From Macrostomum lignano (Eukaryota), in the NCBI GenBank assembly GCA_002269645.1, contig NIVC01000907.1:186001-250000 (forward strand): 64,000 bases of DNA, written 5' to 3'. A program made the translations under genes and the position numbers. Below the pieces are notes generated by a model. That model saw nothing but the letters and a program-made list of their open reading frames with translations, ran no database searches and had not been told where the DNA came from. This document shows positions 34,401-43,861 of this stretch, piece after piece (positions within the stretch are counted from its first letter, which is position 1; each line of letters opens with the position of its first letter).

Positions 34401-37400
34401 GATAAAAGCAGAGTCGTAAAAAAAACCGCACTATGTATACATAAAGAAAAGTCATGTCGAAGTTAAAAGATTCATTTGGGAATTGCTTCGATGTCAAAGC
34501 TTGGAGGGAATCGTTATAGTGCTGTGATTCTTAAAGAAGGAATCACTAAAATGCCAAGGCTTAGGGGAGAATAATTGCTGAGATTTCAAGGCTTTAGGTT
34601 GGGTTAAAGTTAGGTTTAAGTCAGGTGTGGGTTGAGGGTTATATTTTTTTAGATAAAATTTTTAGATTTCAAGGTTTTTGGGGGGCATCGCTGACATGTC
34701 AAGGCTTACGGGGGGAATAGCTGAGATGTCAAGGCTCACGGGGTATAAATGAGATTTCAAGGCTAAAGTCAGAAGGTACATGTAGTTTATTGAAAACTTT
34801 TTACTACATTATTTGTTGGCTCCTCAGGGGAGGGATCGCTGATAGAAAAAGCGTAATGTAAAAAATAAAATAAGCTTCATGTCGCAGTTAAGAGATTCAT
34901 TTGGGAATCCCTACGATGTCGAGGCTTGCAGGGAATCGCTATAATGCTGTAGTGGTGCTATAATGACTCAGAATTACTGAAATTTCAATGCTTTAGGGTT
35001 AGGTTAGGGTTAGGGTTAGGCTAGGGTTAGGGTTAGGGTTAGGGTTAGGGTTAGAAGGTTGACAGATTTTTTTAGATTTCAAGGTTTATTGGGGGCATCG
35101 CTGAGATGTCAAGGGGGAAGTTGATATGTTAAAGCTTGTGGGGGGGGGAATTACTGACATGTCAAAGCTTACAAGGGACTTCCGATATATATTGCAAAGA
35201 GATTCTACATGTAGTTTATTACAAAACTTGTACTGCATTTTTGGCTCCCCGATGCTAAGATACACTAAGCTAAAAAATACTACTAGCGCTTCACAAACTT
35301 ATGCAGATGTCAGGCTATAGGGTTAGTGTTAGGGTTGGTATTCGGGTTTAGGTTTAGGGTTAGGTTTTTTTTTATTAGAGGCAGGGGGTTGTGTGCACCC
35401 TGGCGCACTTGAAGCGACATAGGCACACAACCGGCGAGAGGCATTACTGCCCATTCGGCCGACTCCCCTGAGCAGGCATACAAGCGCGCGGATACGTACG
35501 TAGGCACACACTCACACAGGAGTGTACAGTGGCCCTAACTTTATTTTATCGTTAGGCATGTACACTTCACTGCGCCTTGGGGGGTTGGCTCTCAAGGCCG
35601 TTAATTGCACGAGCAGAGCCAAGCCGAGATTCCAATTCAGCCCCAAATTAATGTGACTGCACTTGGAATCGAGCCTGGGTCGCTGGCACACCAGAGCAGC
35701 TGCGCTACCGCTGGGCTACGGCCCCCCTTTAGGGTTAGGTTCAGTGTTATTGCGTTAAGATTCGTGTTATGGTTAGGGTTAGGGTAGCTTATAACTTAGC
35801 TCATGTAGCTTATTAAAAATGTTTATCATGGAAGCATCATGCAAAAATAATGGAAGCGTCATGTAAAAATCATAGAAGCATAATGCAAAAACCCATGGAC
35901 AAATATTGAATTTAGGGTTTTGGTTAGGGTTAGGGTTAGAAGTTTGACAGGAGATTTTTTAAGATTTCAAGGCTACATGTAGCTTATTAAAAAACGTGTA
36001 TTGCATTTCTTTGGCTCCCCAACGGGGGGCGTAGATTGCTAGTCTCAACTATTTTTTGTCATTTTTTCTTTAAAGTTTGTTTGCAAAATCTTTTTTGAGC
36101 ATATCAATCAATATGGCAAAATCAAAAAATTAGAAGCAAGTTTTTTGAAAATTCATTTTTTGTGTTTTGAAAGCAGTAAAGCTATAAAATAAATTTAGCT
36201 TAGTTTAAGAAGTTAAAATTTTTCTATCCATTATCTGTGGATATCTTATTTAAAACTATTTGTGTCCAATTGGAACTTTTCACTTGGGTCTATTCTGTTT
36301 TTTAGAATTGAAAAATATGAGACTAGCTGCATGGCCTTTGCTTTTGCTTTTTTTCAGTGGAGGAGATAACTAAAGAGATCACCAACTTGATTTGATTAGT
36401 TGGCTTAGCAGAAAACTTCTTTAAGGCAATCTGAATAGTTTTTCTTTTCAGGCTAAGTAGATAAATTAGAGTAAATTTTTCAACTGGAAACCTTGTATAA
36501 AAGGTATAGCCATAGGTGGTTTCTTTTGAAATCATAAATTTTGTACATATAGCCATAAAGAGTAGCTATTTTCCATAGACTTGTCTATAGCTTCCATAAA
36601 TACAAATACATTTAGTTTCAGTAAGGTACCATGGCAAAACAAAAATATTATCAGCATAATAAATATAGCATTTTTCAAGCCAATTGAAAAACACTGTGAA
36701 ACCTATCAGTTAAACATTATAGTGCACTGTGCAGAATAACTTTTTTACAGACATCATTTTTGGTCTCCAAAAGTTTACATTCTCAGCTGCAACTTAACAG
36801 CACAAATAGGTAAAACGAGTGATATAATAACAGTTTATGCATTTTTATAACCATTGCCATTTATATTAAAGTTTTTGCATGTAAACAAGACACTGGTTGG
36901 TAGGAAACTGCTAAACTAGCAGCTGAGTTGAGTTCATGCGTCTTGTCCAACAGATTGCTGCCAGTCTGTCTGCCTCTGCGCCCGATGGAGGCGGAGCGGC
37001 CGCATCTGCCGACCCGACTGCAGGCGCCAAGCGCAGCTTCAACTCCAGCAACTCCGACGATGACGACTCGCCGGCTACAAAGCGCAGCTTCGCTGGTCCC
37101 GGCGGCGACTCTGCAGCGGCAACAGCGGGAGCCGCCTCTGCTGTGACGCCCGCCAGCAGCGCCAAGTTGGCCGCCGCCGCCGCAGCAGCCGCCAAAATTA
37201 ATGAGAAGCTCTGCGGCAGCGCCGCCGGCGGTGGTGCAGCTGCGGCCGCGGTGAAGCCGCCGATGCTGATGACCTCCCTGGCTGACGCGGCCCCTGCGGC
37301 GCCCAGCCACACTGTGGAGCACAAAATCCTCGACCGCTATGTCGGCCTGATGATTGGCCGGGGCGGCGAGACGATCACCAGGCTGCAGGCAGAGTCCGGC

Positions 37401-40400
37401 GCCCGCATCCAGATCAGCTCGGACAGCGTGGACGGCACCCGCAATGTGACCATCTCGGGCGGGCAGGCCGAGGTCGAGCGGGCCAAGCGGATGATGGACG
37501 CCATGATTGCCGAGAAGGGTGGAGGCGGAGCCGGCGATCGGAGCCGAGGCGATCAGGCGCAGGAAAGCATCGAGATTAATATTCCGGCCTCTAAAGTTGG
37601 CCTATTGATTGGCCGAGCAGGCGAGAATATTAAAAGCTTACAGGAGAAATCCGGCGTCAAAATGATTCTGATTCAGGACGGCACAACGGCTTCGATGTCT
37701 GAGAAGCCGCTTAAGATAACTGGTGAGTCGGAGAAATGCTACGCATGCATGCAACCGGTTAGAAGATAGAAGTTTGCTGTAGGGATTTTGGGTTCTGACG
37801 CGAATGAAATCGAGAGTCAGCCCCCAGCCAGGCAGGTGGCAAAGTCTTGTCAGTCACATACAAGATGTACAACAACCCCCGACTTTCTTATTGTGAGCCA
37901 AATCATGGTTTGTACACTACATTATAAATAAAAAATTTTGCTACTCATAATCAAGCAGGAAGCTCTAAATGATAAAGTAGTCTTATAGGAGGAAAACAGC
38001 TCGTTTTTTGGAAATTTGAAAGTTCCTTTCAGGTGAAGTAAATATATACGCTTTTATTTTGTTTAAGCCGTCAAGATTGACTTGTGTTTTAATAAACACT
38101 GGTCGGTTGCCATGGATTTTATTTAATTAACTTCTGCTGTCAGCTAATCAGATGACAGATGAATTCACAGCAGAATGGAACAGTGGGTTAATATCATAAT
38201 ATTTGTAGTAATGTTTGCTCAAAACATTGGGTAATGTTAATTTACTTATATACGAGTATTGCATATAAAAAAACTAAATAGATGATGCTTTTTAATGGTT
38301 TATTCATATTCGCTGAAGCAGTGACAGCCGTCAATCCAACTACCGGTACTTGACTTGATATTCACGCGACCCCTGGTCAGCACAAACCTGCTTGGACGCT
38401 TTGGACGCAGCAGTCCCATTGGACTCCAACGCGACATAGCGTACTGTTGGGACACGTACGTGACAAATATTGCCTGTCGAACTTCGACATTCTCTTGCAG
38501 TACCGCTATCTGCTGAGTGAGCAGTCCGACGCCAAAGTTGAGCAGGAACACCGCTACCCACAAGTAAACAACTGCCTGAGGCCACAGCACTAGGTAGTCG
38601 CTAATTCCGCTGAATTCACCCAAGGTAAAGGTGTAACGGAACGTCCGACCCAAATAGTCCATCGCGCAGACCCAGGAGAAGCTCTGGCAGGTGACGTAAG
38701 GCTGATTGAGCAGCATAGTGAAGCCAACAAGAAGCAGAGGCAGGCAGATGATGTATATCAGCGTTACGCAGGCATTAAGGCAGTGCAGCACATAGAACAC
38801 AGTTTGGCAGTGACCGGCCATCTTGCAGGCAAACAGCAGCATCATCATCACCATGAACTCTGTATCGATTATAAATACAAGCTGCAGTCTCACAGACTCC
38901 ACAAACCAGTCACTGCCCACCTGGAAATAGCTGCCTGGGTCCAGAAAAAATAGCTGCTCCAGCACTAGCGCTGCGATCTGGATGCCAAAGAATCCTAGCA
39001 TGACGCCCTCAAATATGCAGCCCCGCAGAGTTGCGAAGCCCTTAATCCATAGCAGGCCCTTCCATCTCTGACGCATCAGCTTCGGCGTGGCGTAGTGATT
39101 GATGAATCCGGCCGCAATCCAGTACAATCCGGCAAGAATTGTAAACACCTGGATTGATATTCTAATGTAAAATAAGTAGCGATAGCTTGCAATGAATTCA
39201 GGGGACACGACATCAATAAAGGCCAAGCTGTAGTTCTTCTGGCCCGGGATTTTCACCTGCACGCTCGAGTTGAAGGTGTTCATAGTAAATATTCTGATAT
39301 TAAGTGTGGCCAGCAGGAAAATAAACGTCAGCGTGTTGAACGCCAGCGAAATCAAAGTGGCCAGTTGGTACTGCGCATTGTTGCCGATGCTGCTAAAGTA
39401 CGCTTGTGCAACAGGACTTTTGAAGAAGCACAAGTAACTTGGTGGCAGTTTGTCTCCAATGAGCTGCTGTGCGCTTAAAACGAATTTCACGAACGGAGAC
39501 TTTAGGAAGCGATCTCCACCAGAGCTGGAGTAGCGGCTGAGGTCGACCTCCTCGACCAGCAGGCTCGGGTCGGTCGGGTGCTCCCGCTCCCTGATCAGGT
39601 ATCCGGGCGCATTGGCGAACGCTGTCGCCAGGTGGAAGCAGTCCCTGGCCGCCGCGTACTCCAGCGGTGTCAGGCAGTCGGCCGTCAGCTCTTCGCTCAG
39701 CAGCCGAGCGCACGCGTCCGGATGGCGGCGCGACAGTCTGGCGAAGAGCCGAGCGAGCTGCGCCTCGTCAGTCGGGCTGGCCAGGCTGGAGCAGCAAAAG
39801 TCCACCAGGAGGAACAGGGCGCAGCGGGCGCGGTCCCACAGACCGAGGCTGTCGACCAGCTCGACTGCTCGGCTGGCCAGCTCGTCGTCCCGAGCGAGCA
39901 GCACGAAACAGAACTGTGACAGCTTGGGCTGCCGATCTGCCGCCGAGCTGTAGTCGGCGGCGCCGTCGCAGAATCGGCAGTCGCTGTGCCGCAGCAGCTC
40001 CGGATGCTGCTGCAGTTCTGCAGCAAATTGCGCATAGTTCCCAAAGTGCAGCAGCTCCATGCTTCTATCTTGAAGCTCCATTGCCGATATCTCGTCGGCA
40101 TCCTTGATTTCTAGTATTTCATCCTTGCTGTTGCCTTCATTCCAAGCCAATTTTCTTGCCCTGTTGGTAGCCGCACCTTGGACAGCGCTCTTAGTCTCGC
40201 CCGAATTCGACATTGATTCTCTGCAGCCGTCGATTTATAAAAGCCAATATTAGCCTTTTAGACTGGCTCATCGTCACTGCATTTATACTGTGCTGTTGGT
40301 CAGCAATAACGGTTTACATATATGGCCACTTCAGTAAATTGGATTTGCATCGAGTGCCTACTTTAGAATGAGTTGAATGCTCTTGTACGTGACAAATAAG

Positions 40401-43400
40401 CAGTTAGTCATTGTCATTGTTGATCGGGTATGATGTAGTTAGCTTAGCTGGGCGACAGTTTCCATCAGCTAATGAGCTTGATTTGGATTAGTTAATCTGG
40501 ACTGCTGTGCTAAATAGAAATCGACAAAGTAGTCATTGACATCGACTGCAATGTTCTCGTGAGCAATTCTCTCGATGCTTTGAGCAGACTCTATTTCCAT
40601 GGAAACATTGGCAACTGATCAATTTGGTCGCAGAAGTATTCTGCGTGGTATTGGAAAGATAAAGAATTAACTGTCAGCGCAGCGATGTGAAAAAATGTCA
40701 GGCAGTGGTGCAAAGTCGTCAGAAGTGAAAAAACGCCCCCCCCCATTTAAAATTAGGCACCCCCGATCGGTTAAACTACGCTCGCGATCTGGTGATGGAG
40801 CTGCTCAACTCCAAGGAGCAGCAGCCCTCTGGCGGCTTCGGCCAAGGCGCTGGCGGGCCCAGGGGACCTGGCAGTTTTGGCGGCGGCGGCGGTGGCGGCG
40901 GCTATAGCGGCCGTGGCGCTTTCGGCGGCAATCACTACGGCGGCAGCAGCGGCTACGGCGAGAGTTTTGAAGAGATTAAAGTGCCTCGCCGATGTGTTGG
41001 CGTTGTCATTGGCAAGGGCGGCGAGATGCTGCGCAAGATTAATCAGGACACCGGGGCCAAGGTGCAGTTCAAGCAGGAGGGACCAGGTGATCGAGACCTG
41101 CCCGAGCGCACTCTGCAGGTAAGCTTGCAAGCTGTCTTTACAAGCTATCAAGACCAGTGTTGCCTCGTGTAGTTCCAGCGCCTTCATTTCATGATAACAA
41201 TTATTAGAAATGTAGTATCGAACCGTCCTTAAAATCACATTTTTATGGTTAAAAAATCGCCCCTTTTTCTTCTCAATGAAACTTCATTATAGAGCTCTCT
41301 TGTGCTGTTCGCAATTACAATTGAGCCCCTAGATATTGGCTTGGAAATTGGAAACCGCCGTTCCATTACCCTTCACCACCGCCCTAATACCCTTCACCTC
41401 CCCATTACCCTTCACCACCGCCCTAATACCCTTCACCTCCCCATTACCCTTCACCACCGCCCCAATACCATTCACCTCCCCATTACCTTTCACCGCCGCT
41501 CATTACCTTTCATTGCCGCCCCATCACCCTTCACCGCCGCCCCATCACCCTTCATTGCCGCCCATCACCCTTCACCGCCGCCCCATCACCCTTCACCGCC
41601 GCCCCATCACCCTTCATTGCCGCCCCATCACCCTTCACCGCCGACCCATCATCCTTCATTGCCGCCCCATCACACTTCATTGCCGCCCCATCACCCTTCA
41701 TTGCCGCCCCATCACCCTTCATTGCCGCCCCGTCACCCTTCATTGCCGCCCCATCACCCTTCATTGCCGCCCTATCACCCTTCATTGCCGCCCCATCATC
41801 CTTCATTGCCGCCCCATCATCCTTCATTGCCGCCCCATCATCCTTCACTGCCGCCCCATTACCCCAACGCAGATCTCCGGCAACGTGCACTGTGCTCAGA
41901 TGGCCGTAGAGCGAGTTCACGAGCTCATCAACGCTGTTATGAACGGCGAAATGCCCTCGGCTGATCGGTCTCGCGGCGGCGGCGGCGGCGGCGGCGGCCC
42001 GGACAACCGGCCGGCCACGTACGCCATACCGGCCGAGAAAGCCGGCCTGGTCATCGGGAAAGGCGGCGAGACGATCAAAGAGATCCAACGCGTGTCCGGC
42101 GCCTACGTTGCGATCCAACGGGAACCGCCGCCTAACGATTCTATCAAGGTGTTCGATATTCAGGTATGCAGAGAGCAGCCAAGAACACCCCCATCCAGTA
42201 GTCAAGAATACCCCATCCTGTAGCCCAGAATACCCCCATCCAGTAGCCCAGAATACCCCCATCCAGTAGTCAAGAATACCCCATCCTGTAGCCCAGAATA
42301 CCCACATCCAGTAGCCCAGAATACCCCCATCTTGTAGCCGAGAATACCCCCATCCAGTAGCCCAGAATACCCCCATCGTGTAGCCGAGAATACCCCATCC
42401 AGTAGCCAAGAATACCCCATCCAGAAGCCCAGAATACCCCAATCCAGTAGGCAAGAATACCCCAATCCAGTAGCCAAGAATACCCCCATCCTGTAGCCGA
42501 GAATACCCCATCCTGTAGCCGAGAATACCCCATCCTGTAGCCGAGAATACCCCTACCCAGTAGCCAAGAATACCCCCATCCAATAGCCCAGAATACCCAA
42601 ATCCAATAGCAAAGAATATCCCTTTTCAACACCCAAGAATGCCCCGATTCAGTAACCGAAAATACCCCATCCAGTCAAGAATACCTCATTTAGTAACGAA
42701 GTACTTTCTAGTAGCAAATTACCTATGTTTATTACTTATTAGTTATTACATTGGGTTTTTATCTAAGTTCTGACTGGTCGGCATGGGCATTGTTGCTTGC
42801 CTCTGTCTGTGGGTCAGTTTTCGCCTTGACTTGTTGCAGCGCCACAAAGTCCATGCCAAGCAGTTGCTGGAGTCGTTATCGCATCTCATCTTTGTCTCTG
42901 TGTATTTTTCATTGCAGGGCAGCCAAGCTCAAATAGCGGAAGCTGTTCGCCTCATCTGCGAGAAAGCCGGCCTGCCCCATCAGAGCCAGCAGGGTGGACA
43001 GAGCTATCAGCAGCCGTATGGCCAGCAGCAGTACGGCGGCGACTCGGCTGGTTACTATGGCAACAACGGCCAGGAGCAGCAGTTGCAGCAGCAGCAACAG
43101 GAGCCGCTACCAGCGCCGCAGTACAATGACCAGACTGGCCAGATGGACTACAGCCTGGCCTGGGCTGAGTACTATCGCCGCCAGGGCATGGACAATTACG
43201 CCGATGCCATCCTGCAGCAGGCCGGCCAGCAGCCTGCCGGCTCATCGGCGCAACAGCAGCCGCAGTCGCAACAGCAGTCGGTACGCTTTCACTTGATTGA
43301 TCGGCTTGAGAGATGGTAGATGCGGTAGCAGAGGTGCTAGATGGGGTAGGAGAGGTGCTGGATGGGGTAGCAGAGGTGCTGGATGGGGTAGGAGAGGTGC

Positions 43401-43861
43401 TGGATGGGGTAGGAGAGGTGCTAGATGGGGTAGGAGAGGTGCTGGATGGGGTAGCAGAGGTGCTGGATGGGGTATGAGAGGTGCTAGATGGGGTAGGAGA
43501 GGTGCTGGATGGGGTAGCAGAGGTGCTGGATGGGGTATGAGAGGTGCTAGATGGGGTAGGAGAGGTGCTGGATGGGTTAGGACAAGGAAAGGTGCTAGAT
43601 ACGGTAGGAACCGTGGAAAGAGAACTAAGAGAAACATACCCATTCTGCCCGCCATTCCTCATCAAAATGCAGTCCACTCAGCAAGATCAGTGGCAGCAGT
43701 GGCAGCAGTGGCAGCAATACCAGCAGCAGCAACAGTCCAATGGCAGTCAGCAGGGCTGGGGCCAGAGCCGCGACCAGCAGGAGTCCGGCAGCAGCGATGG
43801 CCGAAGCGGCGGTCAGCAGCAGCAGAACTGGTGGGAGAAGTCAGCCGCCGGTGGGAAATAA
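25440..43861 (+). CDS. FUBP1: Far-upstream-element-binding protein family (FUBP/KHSRP/Psi), 4 KH domains + Tyr-rich motif, ~672 aa, 6 coding exons
   Basis: Exons 25440-25484 (MSNPTFEAALAKAKQ|GTAAGG), 36954-37722, 40757-41118, 41873-42163, 42918-43280 and 43673-43861; total 2019 nt, all phases match. The spliced FEAALAKAKQ-IAAS equals the family motif F.DAL.RARQIAA. There are four KH GxxG loops (GRGG, GRAG, GKGG, GKGG) and DYSLAWAEYYRRQG. The exact vertebrate paralogue cannot be assigned. Confidence 0.9.
27204..27678. mobile_element. ~475-bp MITE-like element, copy 1
   Basis: The ends TAGTCCGGATCAT / ATGATCTGGAGTG are imperfect inverted repeats. The element is colinear with the copy at 49610-50101 (shared blocks TATAAATGCATGC, TTGGTTGA.TT, AAATTTATACTTAA, ATGATTCTAT.AAGTGCAT). 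A partial end is present at ~25803. No TSD was seen. Confidence 0.7.
28655..31090. repeat. 24-bp two-monomer satellite (CCAAGGATTACTGCACTCGATAAG / CCAAGGATTATTGCTATTAATAAA) with 456-bp higher-order repeat
   Basis: About 100 monomers. The diagnostic variant TTATTGCTCTTTAT recurs at 29141, 29597, 30053 and 30317. Confidence 0.97.
31130..31500. repeat. Degenerate minisatellite (GGATGCTTGCTATCTG-type)
   Basis: GGATGCTTGCTATCT is repeated with variable spacers. Confidence 0.85.
32400..34200. repeat. 22/23-bp satellite (ATCATAGAAGCGTCATGTAAACA)n
   Basis: About 75-80 units, read directly. Confidence 0.97.
34993..35054 (+). repeat. Interstitial telomere-type (TTAGGG)n tract
   Basis: About 10 hexamers with two variants. 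Shorter related tracts lie at ~35317-35366, ~35728-35785 and ~35908-35938. Confidence 0.9.
35367..35727 (-). mobile_element. tRNA-derived SINE (~360 bp) with 14-bp TSD
   Basis: The minus-strand head GGGGCCGTAGCCCAGCGG.. has an A box (35718-35708) and a B box GGCTCGATTCC (35675-35665). The 3' end reads CTCTAATAAAAAAA. The TSD TTTAGGGTTAGGTT is at 35353-35366 and 35728-35741. Confidence 0.85.
38300..40213 (-). CDS. Intronless divergent TRP (TRPV-like) cation channel, 637 aa, nested antisense in FUBP intron 2
   Basis: A single open frame. It has a degenerate ankyrin motif (LTPLEYAAARD), six hydrophobic segments, a re-entrant pore-like segment RTFRYTFTLGEF between TM5 and TM6, and S6 VYLWVAVFLLNFGVGLL resembling TRPV ILLLNMLIAL. 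Confidence 0.72.
   Translation of the reverse strand: MSNSGETKSAVQGAATNRARKLAWNEGNSKDEILEIKDADEISAMELQDRSMELLHFGNYAQFAAELQQHPELLRHSDCRFCDGAADYSSAADRQPKLSQFCFVLLARDDELASRAVELVDSLGLWDRARCALFLLVDFCCSSLASPTDEAQLARLFARLSRRHPDACARLLSEELTADCLTPLEYAAARDCFHLATAFANAPGYLIREREHPTDPSLLVEEVDLSRYSSSGGDRFLKSPFVKFVLSAQQLIGDKLPPSYLCFFKSPVAQAYFSSIGNNAQYQLATLISLAFNTLTFIFLLATLNIRIFTMNTFNSSVQVKIPGQKNYSLAFIDVVSPEFIASYRYLFYIRISIQVFTILAGLYWIAAGFINHYATPKLMRQRWKGLLWIKGFATLRGCIFEGVMLGFFGIQIAALVLEQLFFLDPGSYFQVGSDWFVESVRLQLVFIIDTEFMVMMMLLFACKMAGHCQTVFYVLHCLNACVTLIYIICLPLLLVGFTMLLNQPYVTCQSFSWVCAMDYLGRTFRYTFTLGEFSGISDYLVLWPQAVVYLWVAVFLLNFGVGLLTQQIAVLQENVEVRQAIFVTYVSQQYAMSRWSPMGLLRPKRPSRFVLTRGRVNIKSSTGSWIDGCHCFSEYE
41360..41862. 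repeat. 21-bp intronic minisatellite (CCTTCATTGCCGCCCCATCAC)n
   Basis: FUBP intron 3; runs up to the acceptor. Confidence 0.93.
42180..42680. repeat. 21/22-bp intronic minisatellite (CCATCCAGTAGCCCAGAATACC)n
   Basis: FUBP intron 4. Confidence 0.93.
43320..43580. repeat. 21-bp intronic minisatellite (GAGGTGCTGGATGGGGTAGGA)n
   Basis: FUBP intron 5. Confidence 0.93.

Larger units (their letters stand above)
31750..36042 (+). mobile_element. Non-autonomous Helitron-like unit 2 (carries the 22/23-bp satellite, TTAGGG tracts and a SINE)
   Basis: Starts TCCAATATACTAAAAATGGTCTGTC. Ends with the hairpin GGCTCCCCAACGGGGGGC (36013-36030) then TAGATTG CTAG|T. The whole dimer sits between A27948 and T36043 without a TSD. 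Confidence 0.75.

Noticed and set aside
34993-35054. True telomere or chromosome end
   Set aside because: The tract is short, interrupted, embedded in a repeated module within an intron, and flanked by genes on both sides.
35655-35727. Functional tRNA gene
   Set aside because: A and B boxes are present, but the 5' GGGGCCG cannot pair with the 3' side to form an acceptor stem, and a tail plus TSD mark it as a SINE. The same lack of a cloverleaf applies to 28503-28558 and 32292-32348.
36936-36953. ATG at 36936 as the FUBP start
   Set aside because: It lies in a pyrimidine-rich acceptor (TCTTGTCCAACAG), and the conserved N-terminal helix is supplied by the exon at 25440.
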